Assembly (NCBI GenBank): GCA_033763455.1
Contig: JANRKO010000092.1
Coordinates: 64,001-128,000 of the forward strand
Source: Polyangiaceae bacterium
Lineage (GTDB): Bacteria > Myxococcota_A > Polyangia > Polyangiales > Polyangiaceae
DNA: 64,000 bases
Direction of reading: 5' to 3'
The notes under the pieces were generated by a model, which was not told where the DNA came from, ran no database searches, and saw only the letters and a list, made by a program, of their open reading frames with translations. Position numbers and translations under genes: made by a program. Position 1 is the stretch's first letter; each line of letters begins with the position of its first letter. Positions 1-9,616 of the stretch are shown in pieces.

Positions 1-1085
1 TGCCAGGAAAACGCGCGGCGCATTCGGACGCTCTCTTCAGGAGTGATCGGTGGGTCCAGCGGTGCACTGCAAGCGTTTGCCCCAAGGTGCAGCTCGACTG
101 CGGTGCGGCCCTGCTTTTCATCGCCGCCCTTGAGCTCCAATGAAAATGAGCGCGAAACGGCGTTGTCTCCTGCTTCATATCCTCGGGTGCAAGAGGCGAA
201 GTTGTAGTAGCGCCCCTTCGCGAGCTCGAGCTCATCATCCAGGCGACAAGCCCGTGCTCCGCCTCGATAGGTGCAGCGGACCCGATCTCCTTCTTCGTCT
301 TTGAACGTGAGCACCGCGATCTGATTGCCAGCGTTGCCTTGCTGCACGCGCAGTTTCGACGGGATCTCAAATTCTATGGCCTGCGTGAGCTCTACCTTGC
401 CGACCTCTGAGCGAATGGGGCTGTAGCCGCGACTTGCCTCAAGCAAGACGGGTGCGTCAGCCCAGCTCACGTCAACGCTGTCCGGGACTGGCGGCGTGCA
501 CTTGGTACTTTGTGGCCCGGCAGTGATGGATTTTCCGGCTAGCGTCCATGTGACACTTCCGGCAAAGGGGACGCGGAACACGTTGTCGTGAACCCCCGGC
601 ACGAACTCTTTCGGCTGACCACGATCCACAGGCGACGGAGAGAACCTGTTGCGCGATCCAACCGCAATGGTCAACGATCGATCGCAAGAGTCCGCGTTCT
701 CCGTTTCATCGTCGTCACCTTCATCGTCGTCACCTTCATCGTCGCCACCTTCATCGTCGTTCCTTCTTCTATCGCTATGGGCGCCCACATCCTCTTGTGA
801 CCTGGCGCTCTTGCGAACATCCTCAGAGCTGCGCGAATCGTTCTCGTGTGGGCCGGGAAGCGTGTATTCGTAGCCAAAATGCGCGACGAGTTGACCGCTC
901 TCTTCCGAAACGCAAGACAACCGCGGAGTTGGAGCTCCGCAACGCTCAGCGCTTGCCTGAAGTGCGGATCGCTGTGTTCCGATCACCTCTCCCGGACGTT
1001 CACCTGCACTGCACCCGAGGACCAGGGCTGCCATGCACCCTGAAACACCAACGAACCACCCTGCCCCGCACATCTTCTTTATCAT
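1..1085 (-). CDS. Secreted lipoprotein, hypothetical; partial, runs off the window start and is absent from the ORF track
   Basis: Manual translation from ATG 1085 is open to position 1: MIKKMCGAGWFVGVSGCMAALVLG-C (lipobox), then PRLSCV..AHFGY..[acidic insert]..TIAVGSRNRFSPSPVDRGQPKEFVPG..VTWTLAG. Confidence 0.8.
   Translation of the reverse strand, partial: MIKKMCGAGWFVGVSGCMAALVLGCSAGERPGEVIGTQRSALQASAERCGAPTPRLSCVSEESGQLVAHFGYEYTLPGPHENDSRSSEDVRKSARSQEDVGAHSDRRRNDDEGGDDEGDDDEGDDDETENADSCDRSLTIAVGSRNRFSPSPVDRGQPKEFVPGVHDNVFRVPFAGSVTWTLAGKSITAGPQSTKCTPPVPDSVDVSWADAPVLLEASRGYSPIRSEVGKVELTQAIEFEIPSKLRVQQGNAGNQIAVLTFKDEEGDRVRCTYRGGARACRLDDELELAKGRYYNFASCTRGYEAGDNAVSRSFSLELKGGDEKQGRTAVELHLGANACSAPLDPPITPEESVRMRRAFSW
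705..760. repeat. 15-bp in-frame tandem repeat (TTCATCGTCGTCACC, ~3.7 copies) encoding EGDDD units on the minus strand
   Basis: Units at 705-719, 720-734, 735-749 and a partial unit at 750-760. Confidence 0.9.
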
Positions 1086-1522
1086 CGCACGCCGCCCTTA
1101 GTGTCGCCTAGGACTGAATGTCCTAGGTACAAGGTTGTCTGTACGCTCCCCCCCCCACCCTATGTCAAGAACAATCGCTGAGGCACTCAAGATGACACTC
1201 GATTGTTGCGCAAGAGACAAAAAAGAAAGTCATGCGCCACGACAAGCTCACGTCACGCGGCGGGCGGGAAAGTCGAATTGGACGATACACTAGATCTCAC
1301 GCCAAGATTTCAGCCGATAATCTGAATGTGCGAAGCGCCCAATATGTGCGGGGCGTATCGGCACCGGACCTCGCCACAACGCCGCGTCGCTGGGTCGCGG
1401 CGTCGCCGTATCACTGTAGAAGGATAGTGAGGCTGCATTCGAATTGCAGTCGGACCTAGCCTCTGGGCTTTCCCGCTTTTGACTAATCTCTCAGATCTGG
1501 TACAACTCTGTTCCATCCCCCA

Positions 1523-3041
1523 TTGCTTTGCCTCTCTTTCAGGCGAAGAACGAGGAACAGATCTATCAGAAATTACCTGTTTTGTGCGCCGCTGCTCCTG
1601 GTTACTGGGCTCTTGGGCTGTGCGGGAAAAAGTTCGAGCGACTCGGGTGTTTTCGCCGGGAACACGCAGGGAATGGGTAATTCGGGCTCCGGGGTTGCAA
1701 CGGGTGGGAACGGATCTGGAACGGGCCCCATGCTGCGCCTCGACGACGGCTTGATCGGTGGCGGTGGCGTTGGCTCCACGGTGGGCGGAGGGGCGTGCCA
1801 GGGGCTCGCGTGTCAGCAAAAGGCGTGCGCTGGTTTCACCACCACGAGTGTCTCCGGCAGGGTTTTCGATCCATCCGGCCAACTACCGCTCTACAACGTG
1901 ATGGTTTACGTGCCCAACGCACCGCTTGCGCCGCTCACGCCGGGAGCCACGTGCACGTGTGAAGTGAGCGGGGAGCCGATTGCTTCTGCACTTACCGATA
2001 CCGATGGGCGCTTTACGATGTCGAACGTGCCCGTAGGTACGGACATTCCTTTGGTGGTTCAAATCGGCAAATGGCGTCGCAAGTTCACGCTGCCTTCGGT
2101 GGCAGAGTGCACGAACACGGCCATTCCTGAGTCCATGCTGCGCTTGCCCGCGCGCCAATCCGAAGGAGATATGCCCAAGATTGCGCTTACCACGGGGGGA
2201 GCGGATGCGCTTGAGTGCTTGATCCCGAAGCTTGGAATAGATCCGGCCGAATTTACCAATCCCGACGGCACGGGGCGCATCAATTACTTCACGGGTCATG
2301 GTGGCACCGATCAGTACGCCCAGAATCGGAACGCCGGCGCGAGCTTTCCGCCGGCCTCCCAGCTATGGAACAGCGTTGATACTTTGCGGAAGTACGACGT
2401 TGCTTTGTTGTCCTGTGAGGGTGGCACGCATGCGGACGAAAAGGGGCCGGCGGCTTTCCAAGCCATGCACGATTACGCCAATCTTGGGGGGCGAGTATTT
2501 GCCTCGCACTGGCACGAGGTGTGGTTCACTGACGGGCCCGCGCCTTTCCCGAACGTTGCGACATTCGTGAGGGAGAAAGACATTGGCAACCTCACCGCAG
2601 ACGTTACTACGTCGTTCCCCAAAGGGCAGGCACTTGCCGACTGGCTTGTGAACGTGAATGCCTCCACCACGGCCGGCCGGATCGACATCACGGCCGCCCA
2701 ACATACCGTGGTGACAGAGAATCCAATGTACGCGCAGCGCTGGATTTTCCAGCACTAATCCCCGGTCTGTTCAGTACCTTTCTGCCAACACGCCCTTGGG
2801 CGCGGCCCCAACAGCGCAGTGCGGGCGCGTGGTGCTGAGTGATATTCACGTTTCGGGCAGCACGGACACCGCCAATCCCAACGTGGACAATTCGGGAGAA
2901 AACATCCAGTTTCCTGAGGGCTGTGTCACCACGGGGCTAAGCCCTCAGGAGAAGGTGCTGGCATTCATGCTGTTCGATATCACGGCGTGCGTGATTCCAG
3001 ACACCGCCAAACCCGTGCCGCCTACGGTCATTATTCGCTGA
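1523..3041 (+). pseudogene. Myxobacterial lipoprotein with carboxypeptidase-regulatory-like domain, split by a +1 frameshift at ~2747 (pseudogene or sequencing error)
   Basis: Lipobox LLG-C, Gly-rich linker, VSGRVFDPSG..LYNVMVYVP..TDTDGRF. Frame stops at 2758, but the +1 frame from 2748 reads SSTNPRSVQYLSANTPLGAAPTAQCGRVVLSDIHV..LSPQEKVLAFMLFD to 3041. Confidence 0.75.
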
Positions 3042-4596
3042 ACGGGCGGGATATCACGCAAGCGTTGATCCCACCGACGCCCATTGAGAGTTTGCCCACG
3101 GCACTGTGCACGACAGGGCAAGGTTCGTTGAAGACGAACTCTTGACCGAGTGCACGAATGGATTGGTGCACTTCGCTCGCCGTGAGCGTTGTGGGAAAGA
3201 GCTTGCCGCGAGCACAGCCAAGGTACTGCGCCGTGAGCTCCCAGCCGCCGCCCACGCCCATGCCGTGGCCAAAGGTGCCTTTGCGGGCTGTAACGAGCAC
3301 ATTGCGCGGCAATACCGTCTGTAGATTCTCCACTTCCATGAAGTCGCCCGGGGTTGCCGTGGCGTGAAGATCCCAGGTAGCAATTTGGTCGGCTGTCACG
3401 TGAGCACGGGAAAGTGCGTCACGCATGGCCACCTGCGGGCCTTCTTTGCTCGGCGTAATCAGGTGGTCGGCGTCCGCCGAAATGCCCACGCTGAGGGGCT
3501 CCAAGCCGAGGGGTTTCCAGCCCATCTTGAGGCCATATTCGAGGTCACCCACGATCCAAAGGGCGGCTCCTCCTGCTACGTGTGTGCCGCGCATCCCCGA
3601 GAGCGGCTTCGACACGGTGCCGTCTGCCGCCAGCACGCGCGCGTTGTAGAAAGCGCCCACAACGAGTGGGGTAGGTGGAGCATCACAGGTACCCACCACT
3701 ACCAGCTTGGCCTCCTCGCGCTGTATGGCATCCACAGCGAGCTTCAGCCCTACGCCAAACGTAGAACAGGAAGCCATCGGTCCGAAGGTGAGCCCTTTGA
3801 TCCCGCCCATCATTGAAATCTGCGAGGCCGGGGTGTTGGAGATATTCCAAAGTACATTGGGCGAAACATCGCCCCAGGGTGGCGGAGGGGTGCCCCACTT
3901 TTGCTCCAGCTGGCTGATGCGCCGGCGTTTTTCACGTATAGCGGTGAGCTTGCCGCTCTCCACATCACCTTCCAAAATGACCGACTCTGCCTCCCGCAAC
4001 TCCGCCAAATAAGCTTTTAAGCCGTCAGAGCGCTGCACCCAATATGCAAACCACGCGTCTTCGAGCTCCTCTCGCTGATCAATGGATGTGGCTTCGGCAG
4101 GGTTCGTAAGACCAGCTGGCGGCTCGGAGCCACCTTTGGCGTACGTTGCAAAAGCTGTGTTTCGAGCAGGGTCGGACCAGAACCGATTCCAGCGGCGTTG
4201 CGATCGGTAATAGGTGATGGAGGTGCTGTAAAACGTCGGGAAGGCGCCGATAGCTGTGGCTGCGTAGACGTGCGCAGCCGTGCCCAGATCTTTTAGGGCC
4301 TGCTCGATGCCGGGGTTCTGGCCGAGTGCTTGAATGAACGCTCCCACGCCGTAAAGCGTGGTAATGTCCATTTTGTCCGTTAGCTGCTTGAAGCGACTCG
4401 GCGGGAAGCGTTGCTCGATCCAGGGCTGATAGCGGGCAAAATCGAACTTCGGCTGCCCTACCAGAAAATTGTCAGGCCCGAAACCGTTGAAAGGCGAGAG
4501 AAAGCTCTCGGCTCGGTCGAGATTGGTCGCAAATTCGTCGACGGTTTCGCACTCGGGGGCCACTATCCCCCAACCAAAAACTGCTACTCGGCGCAT
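3031..4596 (-). CDS. Beta-ketoacyl synthase (FabF/FabB-like) with a large internal insertion
   Basis: RRVAVFGWGIVAP N-terminus; catalytic Cys (ASCSTF), His (DLHATAT), His (KGTFGH); C-terminal SMGVGGINA. Confidence 0.85.
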   Translation of the reverse strand: MRRVAVFGWGIVAPECETVDEFATNLDRAESFLSPFNGFGPDNFLVGQPKFDFARYQPWIEQRFPPSRFKQLTDKMDITTLYGVGAFIQALGQNPGIEQALKDLGTAAHVYAATAIGAFPTFYSTSITYYRSQRRWNRFWSDPARNTAFATYAKGGSEPPAGLTNPAEATSIDQREELEDAWFAYWVQRSDGLKAYLAELREAESVILEGDVESGKLTAIREKRRRISQLEQKWGTPPPPWGDVSPNVLWNISNTPASQISMMGGIKGLTFGPMASCSTFGVGLKLAVDAIQREEAKLVVVGTCDAPPTPLVVGAFYNARVLAADGTVSKPLSGMRGTHVAGGAALWIVGDLEYGLKMGWKPLGLEPLSVGISADADHLITPSKEGPQVAMRDALSRAHVTADQIATWDLHATATPGDFMEVENLQTVLPRNVLVTARKGTFGHGMGVGGGWELTAQYLGCARGKLFPTTLTASEVHQSIRALGQEFVFNEPCPVVHSAVGKLSMGVGGINACVISRPFSE

Positions 4597-4805
4597 AGTT
4601 CGCGCGAACTCTCCTTTTGGCTTAAGCGGAAGTCAACCGCTAGTGGCGCCGAGCTTTGACGCGGCCCGAGAGGGCACACCTTCGGGCCAAATATGAGCGT
4701 TTTCTGCTGCCCGCATCGCAAAACTTCTCGAAAGCTCCACAGAAGGCTGGATTTGTTTTCGACTAGACCCTAGCTCCTCAGCAACGAGCTAGAGGATTTG
4801 AGTCA

Positions 4806-6281
4806 ATGGTCATGAAAGAACAACATCCTGGAATCAGTGCTATCAGCGTCTATGTCCCGCGCTTCCGCGTGGATCTAGCCGAATGGTGCGGTTGGACGGG
4901 GAACGCTTGGGATAAGATCCAAAATGTAGTGGGGCGCAGCTTCCGTGTGTGCGGCACGCACGAAAATGTTTACACCATGGCGGCCAACGCCGTGCTCAGG
5001 TTGATTCTGAACAACGACATTGATCCCAGGAGCATTGGCTTTCTGGGGCTTGGCACCGAATCAAGTACAGATAATGCGGCAGGCGCCGTGATCGTACGCG
5101 GAATGGTCGATCGCGCGCTCGATCGACTTGGGTTGCCGCGCCTCTGCCGCCAGCTTGAGGTTCCCGAGTTCAAACACGCGTGCCTGGGCGGAATTTATGC
5201 ACTCAAGAATGCAGTGCGTTATGTGGCGTTCGATGCTGAGGACAAGAAAGCCATCGTCGTGTGCAGCGATGTGGCGGAGTACGAACGCGGAAGTTCTGGC
5301 GAGCAGACCCAGGGAGCTGGTGCTGTAGCGTTGCTTGTGGAAAAGCACCCCAAGCTTCTCGAAATCGATTTGCAGCACGCCGGGAGTGCCTCCGACTATC
5401 GAGGTCCGGATTTCCGCAAACCCTTCGCCCGGCACTTTACCGAAGGCTATGCAGAACGCACCAAGCGCATCAGTGACTTTCCGGTTTTTAGTGGGAAATA
5501 TTCCACATTTTCTTACCTCGACGAAACGGTGCATGCTGTCGAACACATGCTGGAACGGCTCAATGTTTCGGCGGGCCAATATTACCGTTCGGTCCGGGCC
5601 CTCTTCTTTCATCGCCCCTACAATCACATGCCGATTCAGGCGATGTCTTTCCTGTATGTTCGCGGGTTAGCCCGAGGCGATCATCACCAAGACGAGCTCA
5701 GGGAGCTGTGTGCTGAGGCGAAGGTTAGCTTCGAGCAAGTGATGGAGGAAACTCGCTCGCTTCCGGATTTATTTGCGCGGGTGTTGGATGGACAAAGCGC
5801 TGAAGATCCGTATGCGGCGACGAGTGCGGTGAGTGCCGTGGTGCGCAAGCGTGCGTCTTTTCGCGAACTCCTGCAGCAGAAAATGGGCCTGGGTGCCGAG
5901 CGCGTGAAAGATCTCGGTAATCTTTACAGCGCAGCCCTCTTGGCCTGGGTTGCGGCGGGTTTCGAAGATGCAGCTGAACAGAAGCTTGACCTGGCCCTCA
6001 TGCCGATGGTCATGGTGGGCTACGGCAGCGGAGACGCGGCCGAATCGATTCCGATGCGCCCCGTAGAAGGCTGGGAACACGTTGCCTCACGTATCGGTTT
6101 TGCGGCGGCCCTTCTGGGTGCTCAAGATCTGAATAAAGCTCAATATGAGGCCCTTCACGACGGCCACGAGGCAGGCCTCATGTACGAACCCAAAGGTGAG
6201 TTTCGGATCACACGTGTCGGCAACACCTACGAACCCGCCTTTCAAGATCTAGGAGTCGAGTACTACGAGTACGTTCTCTAG
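4806..6281 (+). CDS. Hydroxymethylglutaryl-CoA synthase family protein (MvaS-like)
   Basis: GTESSTD (Glu), EFKHACLGG (Cys), EQTQGAGAVA, FHRPY (His), GNLYSA, YGSG. Confidence 0.85.
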   Translation: MVMKEQHPGISAISVYVPRFRVDLAEWCGWTGNAWDKIQNVVGRSFRVCGTHENVYTMAANAVLRLILNNDIDPRSIGFLGLGTESSTDNAAGAVIVRGMVDRALDRLGLPRLCRQLEVPEFKHACLGGIYALKNAVRYVAFDAEDKKAIVVCSDVAEYERGSSGEQTQGAGAVALLVEKHPKLLEIDLQHAGSASDYRGPDFRKPFARHFTEGYAERTKRISDFPVFSGKYSTFSYLDETVHAVEHMLERLNVSAGQYYRSVRALFFHRPYNHMPIQAMSFLYVRGLARGDHHQDELRELCAEAKVSFEQVMEETRSLPDLFARVLDGQSAEDPYAATSAVSAVVRKRASFRELLQQKMGLGAERVKDLGNLYSAALLAWVAAGFEDAAEQKLDLALMPMVMVGYGSGDAAESIPMRPVEGWEHVASRIGFAAALLGAQDLNKAQYEALHDGHEAGLMYEPKGEFRITRVGNTYEPAFQDLGVEYYEYVL

Positions 6282-6465
6282 GCGGCGTAAATGTGCACAC
6301 GCTACGCACGACTGAGGTGACGGCCACGACAAGGCGCACCGTGCCCTCGCGCGAGCAGGCGGGAGGGGTATTACCGAGCGGTGGAGATACTTGTTATGCT
6401 AAGAATTCAGGTGGCCGGTGAATGGAGACGGTCGTGCAGAAGTGTAGTGCGCTTGCGCCGCGCGT

Positions 6466-6493
6466 TGTGCGCTGTGCGCTGTGCGCTGTGCGC
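6466..6493. repeat. Heptamer tandem repeat (TGTGCGC)x4
   Basis: Directly visible in the HMGS-yebC intergenic region. Confidence 0.9.
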
Positions 6494-6548
6494 TGCTCGA
6501 TTGGCGTTGGTTGGGAGGGCCCGGGGCGGTGGTATTGTCATGCTAAGA

Positions 6549-6604
6549 ATAGAGGTCGTCGGATAGAGGTCGTCGGATAGAGGTTGTCGGGTGGAGGTTG
6601 TCGG
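6549..6604. repeat. 14-bp tandem repeat, four diverging copies (ATAGAGGTCGTCGG)
   Basis: ATAGAGGTCGTCGG, ATAGAGGTCGTCGG, ATAGAGGTTGTCGG, GTGGAGGTTGTCGG. Confidence 0.85.
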
Positions 6605-6801
6605 GTGGAAGGGCCGTGGCCGCGCCCAGCGGCTGGAGTACTGTTGGCTGGGCGGTTTTGGTTCGAGCCGCTTCGGGTAGTTTTTGGCTGGGGCGATGTG
6701 GGTTTTTCGGTTGGCGGCCGGCGCTCTGGTCAGGTTGGGGGGTTTTTGGTAGACCCCGCCCCTCGGCAACCAGGCGCCGGGCTTACGATTCAAGAGGTTG
6801 C

Positions 6802-7557
6802 ATGAGCGGTCATTCCAAGTGGGCCACAATCAAGCGTAAAAAAGGTGCGGCCGACGCAGCGCGGGGTAAGATTTTCACGAAGCTTGCGCGCGAGATCACG
6901 ACCGCGGCTCGGATTGGGGGTGCTGACGCTACCGGCAACGCACGGCTTAGGAAGGCTATTTCGGACGCCAAGGCTCAGCAGATGCCCGCCGAGAACATCA
7001 AACGCGCCATGCAACGTGGTACCGGGGAAATCGAAGGCGTTACGTACGACGAGGTGTTGTACGAAGGTACTGGGCCGCAAGGTACGCTCATTCTCGTGGA
7101 GGGAATGACGGACAACCGCAATCGCTCTGCGGCGGAGTTGCGCAAGATTTTTGAGCGTCACAATGGGTCTATGGGGGGCTCAGGCACGGCGCAGTGGGCG
7201 TTCGATCGGCTGGGGACGATTGTGCTCGATCGCTCCTCCGTTACTGAAGATCAGTTGATGGAAGCGGCAGTGAGCGCTGGGGCGGAAGATTACCGAGATG
7301 AAGGCGACGTTTGGGTCGTGTACACCCCGATGGATCAGCTCGATACGGTGACGGCGGCCATTGAGGCCGGAAAGCTTGCAGTACAGCAAAGCAAGCTCGC
7401 TTACGTCCCGAAGACGAAGAAGCAGGTGACTGGCCGCGATGCTGAGGTGTGCCTGAATCTTGTCGATGCGCTGGACGACCACGACGACGTTCAGAACGTC
7501 TACGTGGATTTTGACGTATCGGAAGAAGAATTAGCGCGCCTAGCAGAAGGCGTCTGA
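6802..7557 (+). CDS. yebC: YebC/PmpR family protein (canonical type)
   Basis: MSGHSKWATIKRKKG..RGKIFTKL, YEGTGPQG, TDNRNR, DHDDVQNVY; ATG 6802 after AGAGG. Confidence 0.95.
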   Translation: MSGHSKWATIKRKKGAADAARGKIFTKLAREITTAARIGGADATGNARLRKAISDAKAQQMPAENIKRAMQRGTGEIEGVTYDEVLYEGTGPQGTLILVEGMTDNRNRSAAELRKIFERHNGSMGGSGTAQWAFDRLGTIVLDRSSVTEDQLMEAAVSAGAEDYRDEGDVWVVYTPMDQLDTVTAAIEAGKLAVQQSKLAYVPKTKKQVTGRDAEVCLNLVDALDDHDDVQNVYVDFDVSEEELARLAEGV

Positions 7558-8226
7558 TCACATCCCCGGCAGTCGAAACTGCACTGCGGAAAAGTACGTA
7601 AACGCCATATGCGATACGATGATAGGCGTGAGGCGCCCGAGCTGGTTCGCGCCAAAGCTCCACACCAGCCCCGCTCCGAGTGCGGCGAATAGTACGAGCG
7701 GATTCGGTCCGGCTATGTTGTCACGCAGCAAGTAGACGGTCGGCAGATGGCACAGGCCATAAAGGAGCGCCGCTAAGGGCCATGCTCGCCGCCGCCCCAG
7801 CTTCTTAACCAGCTCATCCAATACAAGCCCGCGCCACACCAGTTCCTCTAGAAGCGGCAACAGCAGAAGGAGAGCAGTGAGTGACACCGATCGCTGGAGC
7901 GCATCTGGGCTACCCACCTGAAGGTAAAGCCGGAGCAACCACGCAGCTTGGGGTGCGCCCATGGGAGCTAGGTGGGAGCGCCCAAACCACGTCCCCAGCA
8001 AGAGTAGGCCCCCAATTAACGCTCCTAGTGCCAAATCTCCCCCCCTCGGCACTAACTTTTTGGCAAGCGTACCCGCCCGAAGCATGTGCCGGATCGCAAG
8101 CGCAGAAAGGACAGCGTACGCCCCGAGTAGTGGCGCCCAAAAAAGCCAGGAGCCCGCAAAGCTAGGCTGAAAAGCGACTGCTACGGCGAGAGTTACGGTG
8201 GCACAGGTGAGTAGGACGTACTTCAT
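7558..8226 (-). CDS. CPBP (CAAX/Abi) family intramembrane metalloprotease
   Basis: Multi-TM; EELVWRG, YGLCH and IIVSH motifs. Confidence 0.85.
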   Translation of the reverse strand: MKYVLLTCATVTLAVAVAFQPSFAGSWLFWAPLLGAYAVLSALAIRHMLRAGTLAKKLVPRGGDLALGALIGGLLLLGTWFGRSHLAPMGAPQAAWLLRLYLQVGSPDALQRSVSLTALLLLLPLLEELVWRGLVLDELVKKLGRRRAWPLAALLYGLCHLPTVYLLRDNIAGPNPLVLFAALGAGLVWSFGANQLGRLTPIIVSHMAFTYFSAVQFRLPGM

Positions 8227-8286
8227 ACGCTGCTGGTGCTTTCCTCTGCGAGTGCTTGCGCCTCTTGGTGAGAGCTGGTGCTTTCT

Positions 8287-9531
8287 CTAGCGAATGCTGA
8301 TGTTTTCTTTGGCGAATGCTTGTGCCACCCGATCCAGAATGCGATGAGCTAACTCACTTTTGGAAAGTGTCGGCAGGGCTTGCTCACCGTTTGCGGTAAC
8401 GAGAAAGGCGCGGTTGGTTTCAGTTCCAAGCGCTTCCTGGGCTACGTTGGCTACCACCAGATCGACGCCCTTGGTGGTTAATTTGTGGCGTGCCTGTTCG
8501 AGCAGCCGCTCATCGGAGCCCGTTTCAAGTGCGAAGGCCACGAGTATTGGCCATGAGCCTTGGCGTTGCTTGGCAATGGTGGCGATCAGATCGGGATTGG
8601 CTTTTAGTTTGAGCTCAAGCGTGGAGCTCTTCTTCAGCTTCTCCGTGGATTGTATTTCTGGGCGAAAATCCGCAACGGCGGCCGCCATGATGAGCGCATC
8701 GGCGTTCGCCAGGGCTGGGCCCATGTGTTGCTCTAGGGCCTCTTGCATCTGTAGCGCCGTTTCCACCTGGGTGATCTGAACGCCTGCCGGGCTCTCCAAA
8801 TGCACGGGCCCACTGATGAGAGTCACAGTTGCTCCGCGCTCGCGCGCAGCTTGTGCTAACGCGTAGCCCATTTTTCCGGTTGATCGGTTGCCGAGATAAC
8901 GCACCGGGTCGAGCGGCTCTTCGGTGGGGCCTGCTGTGACAACGAAGCGCTTGCCCAATAGATCTTGAGGTTGAAAAGCTCTAGCAAGAGCTCCCACGAT
9001 CGCCTCGGGCTCAGCCATTCTACCAAGGCCCACATCGCCCGAGGCCACCGCTCCGTGAACTGGCCCAACGAAACGCACGCCATGCAGCTCGCTCAACCGA
9101 CGGACATTTTCTAGAGTTGCGGGGTGAGCCCACATATCTGGGTGCATCGCGGGTGCCACCCACACCTGACAGCGAGCAGAAAGCACCGTCGCTGAAAGTA
9201 AATCAGATGCGCGGCCACCAGCTAACTTCGCGAGGGTGTCGGCTGTGGCAGGCGCTACCAGCAAAAGCTCCGAGCGCTGGGCTAGGGTTACGTGGAGCTC
9301 GCCCGGCGACCCGGCGTCGAACAAGGCTTGATGAATCGGCTTGCCCAGGAGGCCCGAGAAGGTGGAAGCTCCCACAAACTCGGTGGCGTGCTCGCTGAGG
9401 ATAACCTCCAGCGAAGCGCCCGCTTGCTGAAGCAAGCGCAGGAGCTGAACCGCTTTGTAGGCCGCCACGCTTCCCGTAACACACAGCGTTATACGGCGCC
9501 CGGCCAATAGCCTATGTTCGAGGGAAACCAT
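8287..9531 (-). CDS. coaBC: Bifunctional phosphopantothenoylcysteine decarboxylase/synthetase (alternative start 9594)
   Basis: TGSVAAYK, APATAD, APAMH, TAGPTEEPLDPVRYLGNRSTGKMG, AAAVADF, FALET. Confidence 0.95.
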   Translation of the reverse strand: MVSLEHRLLAGRRITLCVTGSVAAYKAVQLLRLLQQAGASLEVILSEHATEFVGASTFSGLLGKPIHQALFDAGSPGELHVTLAQRSELLLVAPATADTLAKLAGGRASDLLSATVLSARCQVWVAPAMHPDMWAHPATLENVRRLSELHGVRFVGPVHGAVASGDVGLGRMAEPEAIVGALARAFQPQDLLGKRFVVTAGPTEEPLDPVRYLGNRSTGKMGYALAQAARERGATVTLISGPVHLESPAGVQITQVETALQMQEALEQHMGPALANADALIMAAAVADFRPEIQSTEKLKKSSTLELKLKANPDLIATIAKQRQGSWPILVAFALETGSDERLLEQARHKLTTKGVDLVVANVAQEALGTETNRAFLVTANGEQALPTLSKSELAHRILDRVAQAFAKENISIR

Positions 9532-9616
9532 GCCAACACTTCTAGCATGGAGGCCAAAGCTCGCGACAGTTTCGAGCGGGGGACCGGCGAGCATTAGTGG
9601 CTGGGGTGCCTGATTC

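Noticed and set aside
3031..6281. Polyketide beta-branching cassette
   Set aside because: The KS retains its catalytic Cys, and no ACP, enoyl-CoA hydratase or PKS gene is present
6549..6604. Possible CRISPR mini-array
   Set aside because: The 14-bp units are contiguous with no spacers, and there are no cas genes in the window
6598..6801. Long N-terminal extensions in the ORF track (yebC, ROK, rplC, rplS, RluA fusion, vWA, MacB)
   Set aside because: Family homology starts at downstream start codons; some extensions overlap other genes or a terminator
8232..8300. Short duplication GCTGGTGCTTTC at the coaBC 3' end
   Set aside because: Only 12 bp identical and 42 bp apart; probably a local duplication with no evident function
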